From positions 216,369 to 280,368 of the forward strand of contig JAKAIX010000001.1 in NCBI GenBank assembly GCA_021814165.1: DNA of 64,000 nt, read 5' to 3'. The DNA comes from a bacterium. Lineage in GTDB: Bacteria > Patescibacteriota > Minisyncoccia > UBA6257 > GWB1-50-10. Position 1 is the stretch's first letter; each line of letters begins with the position of its first letter. Below the pieces are notes generated by a model. That model saw nothing but the letters and a program-made list of their open reading frames with translations. It had not been told where the DNA came from and did not search any database. Position numbers and translations under genes: made by a program. Of the stretch, positions 49,844 through 58,992 are shown in pieces.

Positions 49844-50443
49844 TTCATTAGTGCTATTTCTGAATACAATTAATTTGTAGCTTAAGAAGTTCCACATGAA
49901 CCCGGCGAACACGCCAAAGAGCGCGCCGACATTCGCCCACAATTTCGGATTCATCTGGCCCGGTACGCCGATCACATTCACGACAAGAGAGGCGATGCCG
50001 ACGTTGATAAGCGTCCCCCCGAGCGTGAAAAGCGCAAACCGGAGATACTCCTTGCCGGTTACCGGCACTCTGCTTCCGAAAGTCCAAAACTTGTTCCAAA
50101 AATAACTGTTTGTGGTCGCGATAAGGAACGAGATTGTCTTGAAACCGACGAACGGAACGCCGGAGGCGAGATCGGTGAGAAGAATGAGAAAATTTAACAC
50201 CCCGAGATCAACGAGCGTATTCAAGGTGCCGACCGCCGCGAATTTCCCGAACTGCTCGAACACTCCCCACTTTCGGGAAAGCAGTTTTAGTATCCAAAGT
50301 GCGAACGGAGCGAATAACGTGAATCCCACTACGGTAACCAAGAAAAACGCCGCAGTTATCGGAATGCCGATATTCGCCGCCGGAAGCGCTACGAGCCATC
50401 CGACCAAAAATCCTATTACCGCGACAAGATAGAAATCACGCAT
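49841..50443 (-). CDS. GtrA-family flippase-like protein
   Basis: QFGKFAAVGTLNTLVD, NSYFWNKFWTF, WNFLSYKLIVF. Confidence 0.9.
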   Translation of the reverse strand: MRDFYLVAVIGFLVGWLVALPAANIGIPITAAFFLVTVVGFTLFAPFALWILKLLSRKWGVFEQFGKFAAVGTLNTLVDLGVLNFLILLTDLASGVPFVGFKTISFLIATTNSYFWNKFWTFGSRVPVTGKEYLRFALFTLGGTLINVGIASLVVNVIGVPGQMNPKLWANVGALFGVFAGFMWNFLSYKLIVFRNSTNE

Positions 50444-50447
50444 ATGT

Positions 50448-52811
50448 TCAGTTTCTCAGATAAGAGTAGATTTCGCGCTCGACTTCTTCGCGATCCCGTC
50501 CGTACGTCATGCGGGAACGGTTTTTCAGTTCTCCGCTCAGCGCGACGTCGCCTACGTCGGCTCTCGGGATTCTTATATTGAAAGGACGCGAAGTTTCCCC
50601 GTGTATCAGGAGTTTAACATAGGCGTTGAAGTTATCAATGTTCACGAGATCCTGTTCGGTAAACACGGGCGCAAAATGTTTTACGAGATACTCCGCGTCA
50701 TCCGCGCCGACGCGGAATGAAACCATCGATCCCACGTTGCCGAATACAGCGTTCCTGATCGTGTCGGTGAGCTGGCCGATAAACTGATGCGCGATGATGA
50801 GATCAAGCTTGTATTTCCTCGCTTCCGAGAGGATGATCGCGATCGAGTCCGTAGTGAAGTTCTGGAACTCATCGATGTAGAGGTAAAAATCCCTGCGCCG
50901 CTCCTGAGGTATGTCGACGCGTCCCAGGGCCGCCATGAGAATTCTTCCCACCACAATCATGCCCAGGAGATTCGCATTGATGTCTCCGAGTTTCCCCTTT
51001 GCAAGATTGATGAGGAGAATCTTTCCTTCGTCCATGATGGTCCTGAAATTGAACGCCGATTTCGCCTGGCCGATAATCGGGCGCATATAATCGTTCGTGG
51101 TAAAGTTGTTGAACTTTGACCCGACGTACGTCGTCATGTTGGCAAGCGACGCCTCGCCGGTAACTTTCGCCGCTTCCTTCGTCCAAAAATCGAGAACGAT
51201 CGGATTCGCCGCGCGGGCAAGTTTCCGCTGTCGAAACTCGAGATCGCTGAAGAGGCGGGGCACCTGCATCAAAGTCGCCGGCTCGTACTTCGCGTCCTCC
51301 ATAAGGAGAAGAAGCGCGTTTCTCATATACTGCTCGAACATGGGGCCGCCCGTATTCTTCAAGTCGTACAACTTGTCGAAAATGGACAGCATTTCGTTTA
51401 CGATCGAGGTTTTTTCTTCGGGCCTCGAGAAATCGTACTCAAGCATATTGAGTCCCACGGGACGCGAGAGGTCGCCCGGTTCGAACACGATCACGTCCGA
51501 GAAGCGGTCCCTCGGAACGAGACCAAGGACGTCTTCCACGAGATCTCCGTGCGGATCGATAACCGCAACTCCTTTCCCGTTCCGTATGTCATCCGCGATC
51601 ATTCTTGTCTCCAGGTTCGATTTCCCGGTACCCGTCTGTCCTACGATATACAAATGACGGCGCCTGTCTTCGTCCATAATCCGGACGTCTTTCGTCTCGC
51701 CGCGGAATGCGCTCTCGCCAATCGTCACGCCCTCTTTCGGGAGATTCACCGGAGGAGACGCTTCTCTCGCTTTCAAATACTTGATGTGCGGTACGACGGT
51801 AAACGGCGTCGGGAAATGGAAAATACTCGCCAGCTCCTCGCTGTTTAACACCATCGCCTCGCCGGCATCGAATTCCCTATAAGAGTATTTATAGAAGATG
51901 TCTTTCTGATTTCTCGGCTGTACGACACGAAATTCGTTCCGTGAAGGAGCATCAAGCTGGGAAAAACCCGCCACGATGCCCTGAAAAATGGACTGCGCCT
52001 GGACGTCGCTCGGAGCGGATACCACCACCCTCACGTTCACTTCAAAGAAGGGCTTCGAGAGTTTCCCGCTGATGGTTTTTATGGCGTCCTCGTCGACTCG
52101 CTTCGGGGCATCTTCGTTTTCTTCCTTGGCTTTTTTACCCGAGATCGCTCCTCCCAATTCGGAAAGAGGGATCGCCTCGCGGGAACGAAGCACCTCTCCC
52201 AACCTCCACCCTTTTTTCAGCACCTTTAACACCGACTGGGCTTCCTTTTTTAGCTTGCTCCGGGCGGGTTTCACCACAAACTGAACCGCGCCTCCTTCTC
52301 CCACTTCTTCTATTTTTGAAAGGCCTCCTATTATGGGAAGAAACGTATCGGCATCTATCTCTTCATACGTGCGAATAGGGAGCACGAAACGTTCTTTCTG
52401 CGTTACGAATCCGCCAAGCGCGACACCGGTATAGTTGAAAATATTGAAATCTTCCGCCGGCTCCACCGTCGCTTCGGGCCATAGAGAGTGCACTTGTCGC
52501 ACGAGCGCATCGGCGAACCTTCCGGGAACCGCCCCGTAAAAAGATATCTCGCGGCCAACGTGCGGAACGGCGATCTCGAATATGAAGGGTTTATTGAACG
52601 ACGCGAGTGCGTTAAAGAGCTGTTCGGAGATATTGATCTCCTTCTTCAAATCTTTCCCCTCTTGCGATCCCTGGGGGATTTTTATGAGAAACAGTTTTTG
52701 TCCGAGTTCTTCAAGAAGTCTCTTGCGCGCTTGCGCGCGCGAGAGAAAATACAACCACACGCAGGCGGCGGCGATGAGGACAAATACGAATATGCTGAGG
52801 AGAGGAGACAT
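50448..52811 (-). CDS. VirD4/TraD/HerA-like membrane-anchored ATPase
   Basis: N-terminal TM, RHLYIVGQTGTGKS, IDPHGD, YIDEFQNF, SEARKY, AHQ. Confidence 0.88.
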   Translation of the reverse strand: MSPLLSIFVFVLIAAACVWLYFLSRAQARKRLLEELGQKLFLIKIPQGSQEGKDLKKEINISEQLFNALASFNKPFIFEIAVPHVGREISFYGAVPGRFADALVRQVHSLWPEATVEPAEDFNIFNYTGVALGGFVTQKERFVLPIRTYEEIDADTFLPIIGGLSKIEEVGEGGAVQFVVKPARSKLKKEAQSVLKVLKKGWRLGEVLRSREAIPLSELGGAISGKKAKEENEDAPKRVDEDAIKTISGKLSKPFFEVNVRVVVSAPSDVQAQSIFQGIVAGFSQLDAPSRNEFRVVQPRNQKDIFYKYSYREFDAGEAMVLNSEELASIFHFPTPFTVVPHIKYLKAREASPPVNLPKEGVTIGESAFRGETKDVRIMDEDRRRHLYIVGQTGTGKSNLETRMIADDIRNGKGVAVIDPHGDLVEDVLGLVPRDRFSDVIVFEPGDLSRPVGLNMLEYDFSRPEEKTSIVNEMLSIFDKLYDLKNTGGPMFEQYMRNALLLLMEDAKYEPATLMQVPRLFSDLEFRQRKLARAANPIVLDFWTKEAAKVTGEASLANMTTYVGSKFNNFTTNDYMRPIIGQAKSAFNFRTIMDEGKILLINLAKGKLGDINANLLGMIVVGRILMAALGRVDIPQERRRDFYLYIDEFQNFTTDSIAIILSEARKYKLDLIIAHQFIGQLTDTIRNAVFGNVGSMVSFRVGADDAEYLVKHFAPVFTEQDLVNIDNFNAYVKLLIHGETSRPFNIRIPRADVGDVALSGELKNRSRMTYGRDREEVEREIYSYLRN

Positions 52812-52814
52812 AAA

Positions 52815-52918
52815 TGAAAATTTCCAATTATCAATTTTCAATTTTCAATAAACGGCGACTGGAAAAATTGTATGATTTTACAATTAATTGGAAACTGATC
52901 ATTGAAAATTGAAAATTA
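52815..52918. repeat. Inverted heptad-repeat hairpin (TTTTCAA / TTGAAAA family)
   Basis: TTTCCAATTATCAATTTTCAATTTTCAAT ... TTGGAAACTGATCATTGAAAATTGAAAATT. Confidence 0.8.
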
Positions 52919-53350
52919 TTTTATGAGTCCTCTCTTCTTCAATTCGGGAAGAACCTTGTCGATGAGCGCGTCATGAAACGCATCCTCGATGAAAGCGGGG
53001 TATCGCTTTGCTTCCGTAACCGCTTTCTCGATATCCTCGTCAAACACCATCTGCACCAGGTGTTCTACCGTTTTTGTTACATCCTCCGAGTTTCCTTCCG
53101 TCGTCAGATAGGAAGGAAGGAAATCGTCGCGGGGAACGGGTGGAGTATCGGGTGGCGGAGGAGGAACCGCCGCATCGGATTCTGAGGAAGGAACGGGTGC
53201 CGCCTCGGCGAGTGATCGCAGAGATCGCCGCACCACTTCCTCCTCAGGCACCCCTTGAAATTCGGGTGTCTCGAGGTTTTTCCGGACTTCATGACCGAGA
53301 CGCGCGAAACTCCTCTCGAGATTTTCGCTGAAGTTTTGGACTTGCACCAT
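52916..53350 (-). CDS. Hypothetical protein upstream of the VirD4-like ATPase
   Basis: 144 aa, Pro-rich linker, C-terminal DAFHDAL...ELKKRGLIK. Confidence 0.75.
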   Translation of the reverse strand: MVQVQNFSENLERSFARLGHEVRKNLETPEFQGVPEEEVVRRSLRSLAEAAPVPSSESDAAVPPPPPDTPPVPRDDFLPSYLTTEGNSEDVTKTVEHLVQMVFDEDIEKAVTEAKRYPAFIEDAFHDALIDKVLPELKKRGLIK

Positions 53351-53373
53351 GGTATAATGCAATTATAGAACAA

Positions 53374-54978
53374 ATGAACTTTCTCCGCACCTTTCTCATC
53401 TTCGTCTGCGTGCTTACAATCGCTTCGTTCTTTCGTCTTTATGCGCTGAACACCACTCCTCCCGGCCTTTACCCCGATGAAGCGATGAACGGTAACAATG
53501 CCCTTGAGGCGATCGGAAATTCCGCGCCCGGAAAGGGATTCAAGGTTTTCTATCCCGAGAACAATGGAAGAGAAGGATTATTCATAAACATACAGGGATT
53601 ATTCCTGAAAATGCTGATTCCCCAAGCCGGAGGGGACGCGGAGCCATGGATGTTGCGCCTCCCCAGCGCCTTGTTCGGCATTATAACCGTGGCGGGCGTT
53701 TTTTTCCTGGCAAAAGAGTTGTTTAAGAAAAATTCGGTTGCGTTGCTTTCGATGTTTCTTCTTGCAACCAGTTTCTGGCACATCAACTTTTCCCGTATCG
53801 GCTTCCGCGCCATCATGGCACCCTGTTTTTTGATATGGGGCATTTATCTTCTACTTCTGGCATTTAGAAAATTACAAGAGTCCAAGGATTCCCTCCTTGC
53901 AGGGACTATTTCGAGAGGATATAGATCCATAATTCATAATTCTTTATTCCCGTTATTCGCGGGAGCAGTGTACGGTCTCGGCATGCATTCCTATATCGCC
54001 TATCGCGCAACGCCGCTCATAATCGCGGTTATTTTCTTGTTTTTCGCGCGTACGATCGGATGGAAAAAGATGGGAGTAATTGCGATGTGGTTCGTGCTCG
54101 GCGCGCTTATCGTCTCCGTTCCGCTCATTTCCTATTTTCTGCAGAATCCCCATGATTTCTTCGGACGCACCTCCGAGGTATCCGTATTCTCCTCTTCTTC
54201 TCCCCTCGGGGAACTCGGGCTGAACGTCATAAAGACAATCGGCATGCTGTTCTTCGTCGGCGACTCCAATTGGCGTCACAATCTCTCGGGCGCGCCCGAG
54301 CTCTTATGGCCGGTAGCTATCCTGTTTCTTATTGGCACTGTTGTTGGAATAAAAACGCTTTTCAAAAATGTCAAAGTCCAAATGCCAAATGACAAATCAA
54401 TGACAAAAGCTCAAATGACTGAAAACGGGTTTAGTCGTTTCTCATTTGGAATTTGGATTTTAGCTGCGTGGCTCATTACTGCTATTTTCCCCGTGGTCTT
54501 CTCAAACGAAGGGATACCTCATGCGCTTCGATCGATACTCATGATTCCCCCCGTCTTCATCCTCGCAGGGTTCGGGGGAATAACGCTTTATGAGTGGATG
54601 CTGCCGAAATGGGAGCGCGCTCCGTGGAAACGGGTGCTTCCCGCAACCGCTTTTCTTCTTCTCGCGTTCGTTGTGGCAGTCACTTACTGGAATTACTTCA
54701 TGGTATGGGGCGAGAATCGAAATACCGCCGGCGCATTCACCGAAGAATATGTTACGATGGGGAAAAAACTAAATGAGATCCCTAAGAACGTCCCGAAATA
54801 CGTGATAGTGGAAGCGGGCGGCGTCCTGGTGCGCGGAATTCCCATGCCGGCGCAGACGGTCATGTTTATAACCGACACCTTCACGAAAGGGGGGCAGGAA
54901 AAGAAAAACATTCACTACGTGCTTCCGGAAAATGCGGGGAGCATTCCGGAAGGGGGCTACGTAGTCACTATAAAATAG
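53374..54978 (+). CDS. GT-C membrane glycosyltransferase (ArnT/PMT-like)
   Basis: PPGLYPDEA, LRLPSALFG, WHINFSRIGFR, many TM helices. Confidence 0.88.
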   Translation: MNFLRTFLIFVCVLTIASFFRLYALNTTPPGLYPDEAMNGNNALEAIGNSAPGKGFKVFYPENNGREGLFINIQGLFLKMLIPQAGGDAEPWMLRLPSALFGIITVAGVFFLAKELFKKNSVALLSMFLLATSFWHINFSRIGFRAIMAPCFLIWGIYLLLLAFRKLQESKDSLLAGTISRGYRSIIHNSLFPLFAGAVYGLGMHSYIAYRATPLIIAVIFLFFARTIGWKKMGVIAMWFVLGALIVSVPLISYFLQNPHDFFGRTSEVSVFSSSSPLGELGLNVIKTIGMLFFVGDSNWRHNLSGAPELLWPVAILFLIGTVVGIKTLFKNVKVQMPNDKSMTKAQMTENGFSRFSFGIWILAAWLITAIFPVVFSNEGIPHALRSILMIPPVFILAGFGGITLYEWMLPKWERAPWKRVLPATAFLLLAFVVAVTYWNYFMVWGENRNTAGAFTEEYVTMGKKLNEIPKNVPKYVIVEAGGVLVRGIPMPAQTVMFITDTFTKGGQEKKNIHYVLPENAGSIPEGGYVVTIK

Positions 54979-55041
54979 ACACGGATTCATACGGATACGG
55001 TATCGGTATTAATCCGTCAAAATCCGTATGAATCCGTGTCT
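54977..55041. repeat. Perfect 20-bp inverted repeat built from short ACGGAT/ATCCGT repeats; likely also a terminator
   Basis: AGACACGGATTCATACGGAT / ATCCGTATGAATCCGTGTCT between convergent genes. Confidence 0.8.
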
Positions 55042-56376
55042 TTACTGCTGGGAAAGATTTTGTATTTGGAACGACCCAAGCGGGGTATTTGTGATATTCG
55101 TCCCCGATGCATAACCATTGTCCGGCGTCGTTACCGGCCCCGCCGTTCCGCTTCCACCCGACCAATCCGTCTGCCGCAGGAGAAAGTTCTTCCATCGCGT
55201 GAGATATCCGCCGAGCGAGAATTGCGCCGTGGTTCCGTTTGCGGCCCACTCGGCAACCGCCGTTGCCTTCTGCGTTAACGGGTCGTCGATCGAGCCGCCG
55301 CCGCACGGAGAAACTCCGGTATTGGTACTCGAGGCGTCATTCGATCGACACACGTTCTCGACGTAAAAATATCGATCAAAAATCCCCGATTTATACATCT
55401 GCGACACTTCGCTCGCCGAGAGGGCACGATTATACACGCGGACATCGTCCAACATCCCCGAATACGGACTCCCTCCGGCTGTTCCCCTACCGCCGATAAC
55501 AAGAGGGTATGCGTTCGCTATATTGCTCTGAGTAATGGTCCCGGACTGGCTCACGGAAACGCCGTCGACATAAATATTGGCCGTACTGCTTGTCATTGCG
55601 GTGCCGACAACAAAGTGCCAACTGCCGTCATTATAAGAAAGCGGCGTCGAGATATCGAAATAACCGCCGGAGCATGAACCGGCGAGATCGCAGGAAGAGA
55701 ATCTCACTTTTCCTCCCCCCGAGAAAAACATCTCATACCCTCCTCCCGAACCGCCGTTGGACTTCGAAACCATAAAAGCGTACGTCGCGGTCGAAGTGCT
55801 TTTTATCCAAAAAGAAACCGAGTACGCGCTGGTCGGATCGAGAACGCCGCTCGGGGGATCGGTTACGGTCACATAGCTGTTTAACCCGTTGAAGCTCAGA
55901 CAGTTCGCAATTTTGCACGTGGAACTTGCTCTTGCCGGGCTGTTCATTAATGTTCCGTTGTTTCCGTCTCCGGACACGTCATATGTCGTGGTGCTCGTGG
56001 AGCTCGTATCTTCATCGAACCCCCACTCCCCTACGAGGCCGTTCGTCACGTCGTTATCAATCACTCCTTCTTTCCCCTGCACCCCGAACAAACTTGTCCC
56101 CGATGCGACGAGAAAGTAGTGGACACTCGATCCTTTTTGTAAGCCGTATATGTTTTGCCAATTTGCATTCGAAAACGATCTCACTTTTTCGAGAAGCCCT
56201 TGTGTCGTCTCCGAAGCGACGCCGAGATTCTGGTTGGTGCTCGAGGAACGGAGGATGAACGCGACGCCGAAACTCGCCGTACCGATCAAGATAGCTCCAA
56301 TCGAGAGCCCTATCATGATTTCGATCAAACTCTGTCCGGAACGTTCTCTAAAGAAATGATTCAAAAGGCGTTTCAT
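55042..56376 (-). CDS. Type IV pilin-like protein with LamG (concanavalin-like) domain
   Basis: Class III signal SG|QSLIEIMIGL; LamG motifs GLVGEWGFDE, DGSWHFVVGT, LDDVRVYNRALSASEV. Confidence 0.87.
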   Translation of the reverse strand: MKRLLNHFFRERSGQSLIEIMIGLSIGAILIGTASFGVAFILRSSSTNQNLGVASETTQGLLEKVRSFSNANWQNIYGLQKGSSVHYFLVASGTSLFGVQGKEGVIDNDVTNGLVGEWGFDEDTSSTSTTTYDVSGDGNNGTLMNSPARASSTCKIANCLSFNGLNSYVTVTDPPSGVLDPTSAYSVSFWIKSTSTATYAFMVSKSNGGSGGGYEMFFSGGGKVRFSSCDLAGSCSGGYFDISTPLSYNDGSWHFVVGTAMTSSTANIYVDGVSVSQSGTITQSNIANAYPLVIGGRGTAGGSPYSGMLDDVRVYNRALSASEVSQMYKSGIFDRYFYVENVCRSNDASSTNTGVSPCGGGSIDDPLTQKATAVAEWAANGTTAQFSLGGYLTRWKNFLLRQTDWSGGSGTAGPVTTPDNGYASGTNITNTPLGSFQIQNLSQQ

Positions 56377-56404
56377 CAGTACTTTCTATTATAGAATATT
56401 CGGG

Positions 56405-56452
56405 AAAATAAGGAGGCCGGGCCTCCAGCGGAAGCCCGGCCTCCAAGTTTTA
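56405..56452. repeat. REP-like doublet, copy 3 (reverse orientation), just downstream of tRNA-Tyr
   Basis: Reverse complement reads AAAACTTGGAGGCCGGGCTTCCGCTGGAGGCCCGGCCTCCTTATTTT. Confidence 0.85.
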
Positions 56453-56464
56453 ACAACTGCTATG

Positions 56465-56547
56465 TGCGCCGGGAAGGACTCGAACCTTCGATGCCCGTTG
56501 GGCCGCGGATTTACAGTCCGCTGGAATAGCCGCTATCCGACCGGCGC
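56465..56547 (-). tRNA. tRNA-Tyr (anticodon GTA)
   Basis: Acceptor stem GCGCCGG/CCGGCGC, anticodon arm GCGGA-CTGTAAA-TCCGC, long variable arm, GGTTCGAGTCC. Confidence 0.95.
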
Positions 56548-57324
56548 ATGGATAAACTGTTTAAATCTTCTCTGATGCTTTGGATTTCTCGGATTCACTT
56601 CCTTGAAAAATCTCTTCACATCTTCAGTTTTTGTAAGGTATATTTTATGGCTGCTTACCTCCGACGGAGTATATCCTAATATAGACAATGCTCTCTGTAA
56701 ACCTTTCAATAGCGGCAGTGAATAGTTGGTAAAAGATATCTGGATTCCGTATTTTATTTTGTACACAGATCCATCCGTATCAAAAAAACCTCTTAAAAAA
56801 CCTTCTATAAAAGACCTCTTTATGAAAATCCAACGAGGGACACCTACTTGAAATCTCACCTTATTTTTTACAAAACCCTCTTTAAAAAGCCACGATGTCG
56901 CAAACGTTGAGCCGAGATAGACATCCCGATATCCGGTATCCCGAATGGATATCTTTGCGGGCGCGCGGAAGATTTTCGAAATAAGTACCCGCACATATTC
57001 TGCATATTCCGCTTCTTTATTCCCGAGATGTACCAATATCTGAAAATGGGAAACATGCCCATCACCAAGCATGATACCAAAGAATTCTGCGATGCGTTCC
57101 GAATACCTCTTCGGTAAAATAACATCCGTGCGTCTCTTTAGGTAATGTTTCTTAAGGTGCGGAGTGGGCTTTATTTTTAAACGAATCAAACGCTTAAATA
57201 CTGTTTGCTCCGCGATCCCTAACTCAAACGAGATCTCCTTAATAGACTTATTTTGTCTGATATAAAGATCTTTCAGTTCCCTTGAATATTTTTTCTCTTC
57301 TGACTTTGTCCACCTCATCGGCAT
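56533..57324 (-). CDS. Free-standing LAGLIDADG homing endonuclease-like protein with N-terminal HTH
   Basis: Two motifs IAEFFGIMLGDGHV and FLRGFFDTDGSV, ISFTN; HTH SIKEISFELGIAEQTV; AT-rich. Confidence 0.85.
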   Translation of the reverse strand: MPMRWTKSEEKKYSRELKDLYIRQNKSIKEISFELGIAEQTVFKRLIRLKIKPTPHLKKHYLKRRTDVILPKRYSERIAEFFGIMLGDGHVSHFQILVHLGNKEAEYAEYVRVLISKIFRAPAKISIRDTGYRDVYLGSTFATSWLFKEGFVKNKVRFQVGVPRWIFIKRSFIEGFLRGFFDTDGSVYKIKYGIQISFTNYSLPLLKGLQRALSILGYTPSEVSSHKIYLTKTEDVKRFFKEVNPRNPKHQRRFKQFIHAPVG

Positions 57325-57428
57325 ATTTCAATGGTACATTCACAAAGTTATTTTTGCAATTGACAGCTCAACCACATAAGCCAACAAAAAACCCGGCGTC
57401 CTCGCCGGATAACCACGGTTTTGCCCTT

Positions 57429-57746
57429 TTATTTTTCCTCTCCTTCCTTTTCTTCTCCTCCCGTAAGCGGCGTTTTCGCCTCCTTCATTCCGTTCTTCTT
57501 GAAACGATCGAGCTTTTTCGTAATTACGTTATCGAGTTTTAAGAGCCACACGCGGGAACGGCGCAGGAGTTTCTCGAAAGAAGACTTAAGGAATTCATCC
57601 GTCTTCTCAAGATATTCCATAAGGCGACTGTGACGCATATGATCCGCGCTTTCCTCGTCGCTCACTCTTGGAAGCGCTTTCGCCATTACATAAAGCATCC
57701 CTCCGAAGGAAAGTATGATAAGCGTCTGAATGATAAAACGGAGCAT
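57429..57746 (-). CDS. Small membrane-anchored hypothetical protein
   Basis: N-terminal TM, KALPRV, EKLLRRSRVWLLKLDN; follows tsf. Confidence 0.75.
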   Translation of the reverse strand: MLRFIIQTLIILSFGGMLYVMAKALPRVSDEESADHMRHSRLMEYLEKTDEFLKSSFEKLLRRSRVWLLKLDNVITKKLDRFKKNGMKEAKTPLTGGEEKEGEEK

Positions 57747-57751
57747 AGAAG

Positions 57752-57846
57752 TAATTTTCAATTATCAATTTCCAGTGAATTTTCCAATTTCAAAATTTTC
57801 GAATTGAAAATGTATTGAAAATTGATCATTGGAAATTGGAAATTCC
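57752..57846. repeat. Inverted heptad-repeat hairpin (TTTTCAA / TTGAAAA family)
   Basis: TAATTTTCAATTATCAATTTCCAG ... TTGAAAATTGATCATTGGAAATTGGAAATT. Confidence 0.8.
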
Positions 57847-57848
57847 CG

Positions 57849-58289
57849 TTAAATTTCGTATCTCGTGAACCGTTCCACCTTGATGCGTTCTCCCACCTTT
57901 GCGGTTACGCTCTTAATGAGGTCCGCAATATTCGTCGAAGGATCCTTGATGTATTCCTGCGTAAGGAGCATCTCAACGGTTTCCGGTTCCATTGCCGCGA
58001 TTTGCATCGCAAGTTCGTGCGCGAGCGCGCGAAACGGATCGGATTTTACGACAAAGTCGGTCTCGGCGCGCAGTTCGAGAAGCACCCCCACGCGGTTGTT
58101 ATGAATATAAGAATAGAGGAAGCCGGCTCCCGTTGCCCGTTCTTGTTTCGATTCCGCTTTTACGAGCCCCCGCTCGTAGATAATCGTCTTCGCTTTCTCA
58201 ATGTCACCGTCCGCTTCTTCGAGCGCGCGCTTGCACTCCATTACCCCGGCACCGGTGATTTCCCTCAGGGTTACGATGTCGTTTTTCAT
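57849..58289 (-). CDS. tsf: Elongation factor Ts, short form (146 aa)
   Basis: LREITGAGVMECKRAL, AETDFV, LAMQIAA, GERIKVERFTRYEI; follows rpsB. Confidence 0.94.
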   Translation of the reverse strand: MKNDIVTLREITGAGVMECKRALEEADGDIEKAKTIIYERGLVKAESKQERATGAGFLYSYIHNNRVGVLLELRAETDFVVKSDPFRALAHELAMQIAAMEPETVEMLLTQEYIKDPSTNIADLIKSVTAKVGERIKVERFTRYEI

Positions 58290-58975
58290 GCTTCCTCTAT
58301 TTTCTTCTTTAATGCCTCGATCACCCACTCGATGCTTGCTTTTGTGTGGTCGTTCGCGAAGATCGGATATTCCACTCCCAACGGATCATCGTTCGTATCG
58401 ATGAGCGCCACTACCGGAATGTGCATGCGCTGCGCTTCTCTCACGGCCGTTGCATGCTCTTCGATATCGATTATGAAAAGTGCGTCGGGCAGGCGGGTCA
58501 ACGGCTGCAGTCCGTTGAAAATGCGCGATAATTTGCTTACTTCTTTCGCAAAATCAAGCTGTTCCTTTTTCGTATATTTCGAGAGTTCCCCTTTCTCATG
58601 CTTTGCTTTCAGGTCCTGATAGTATACCGAACGCTGGTTCAATATTTTGAAGTTGGTGAGAATACCGCCGAGCCAGCGGAACGTCACGAAGGGCGCCTTG
58701 AATGCGTCTGCAAAGGATTGGATGGATGTTTTCGCGGCGGGACGCGTACCCACAAACAAGATAAGGCCGTTTCCTTTCACGATCTGTTTCAGGAATTCAG
58801 CGGCGATATTCAAGCTCTTCTCCGTAACTTCCGGATCAAGAAGCTCGATTTCGTTTCTCCGTCCTCCTATGTACGGTTTCATCCGCGGATGCGTTTTCGT
58901 CTTTTTGTGGCCGAAAAGCACCCCGGCTTTCACCATCTCGAGAACGGCATCCGTATTATGTGTATCTGAAGACAT
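58286..58975 (-). CDS. rpsB: 30S ribosomal protein S2
   Basis: AGVLFGH, LFVGTR, RWLGGILTN, DTNDDP, ANDH. Confidence 0.97.
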   Translation of the reverse strand: MSSDTHNTDAVLEMVKAGVLFGHKKTKTHPRMKPYIGGRRNEIELLDPEVTEKSLNIAAEFLKQIVKGNGLILFVGTRPAAKTSIQSFADAFKAPFVTFRWLGGILTNFKILNQRSVYYQDLKAKHEKGELSKYTKKEQLDFAKEVSKLSRIFNGLQPLTRLPDALFIIDIEEHATAVREAQRMHIPVVALIDTNDDPLGVEYPIFANDHTKASIEWVIEALKKKIEEA

Positions 58976-58992
58976 GGTTTTTGAACGTTCCT

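Noticed and set aside
50448-52811. VirD4-like ATPase as evidence for a conjugative element
   Set aside because: No relaxase, VirB4, integrase or att sites nearby, and it is embedded among chromosomal genes
56465-57360. Group I intron in tRNA-Tyr encoding the LAGLIDADG protein
   Set aside because: The tRNA is contiguous and complete, and no 5' exon or intron core was recognised upstream
57849-58289. Short tsf as a pseudogene
   Set aside because: Keeps the N-terminal domain, ETDFV and the C-terminal motif in an intact frame; short single-core EF-Ts forms are known
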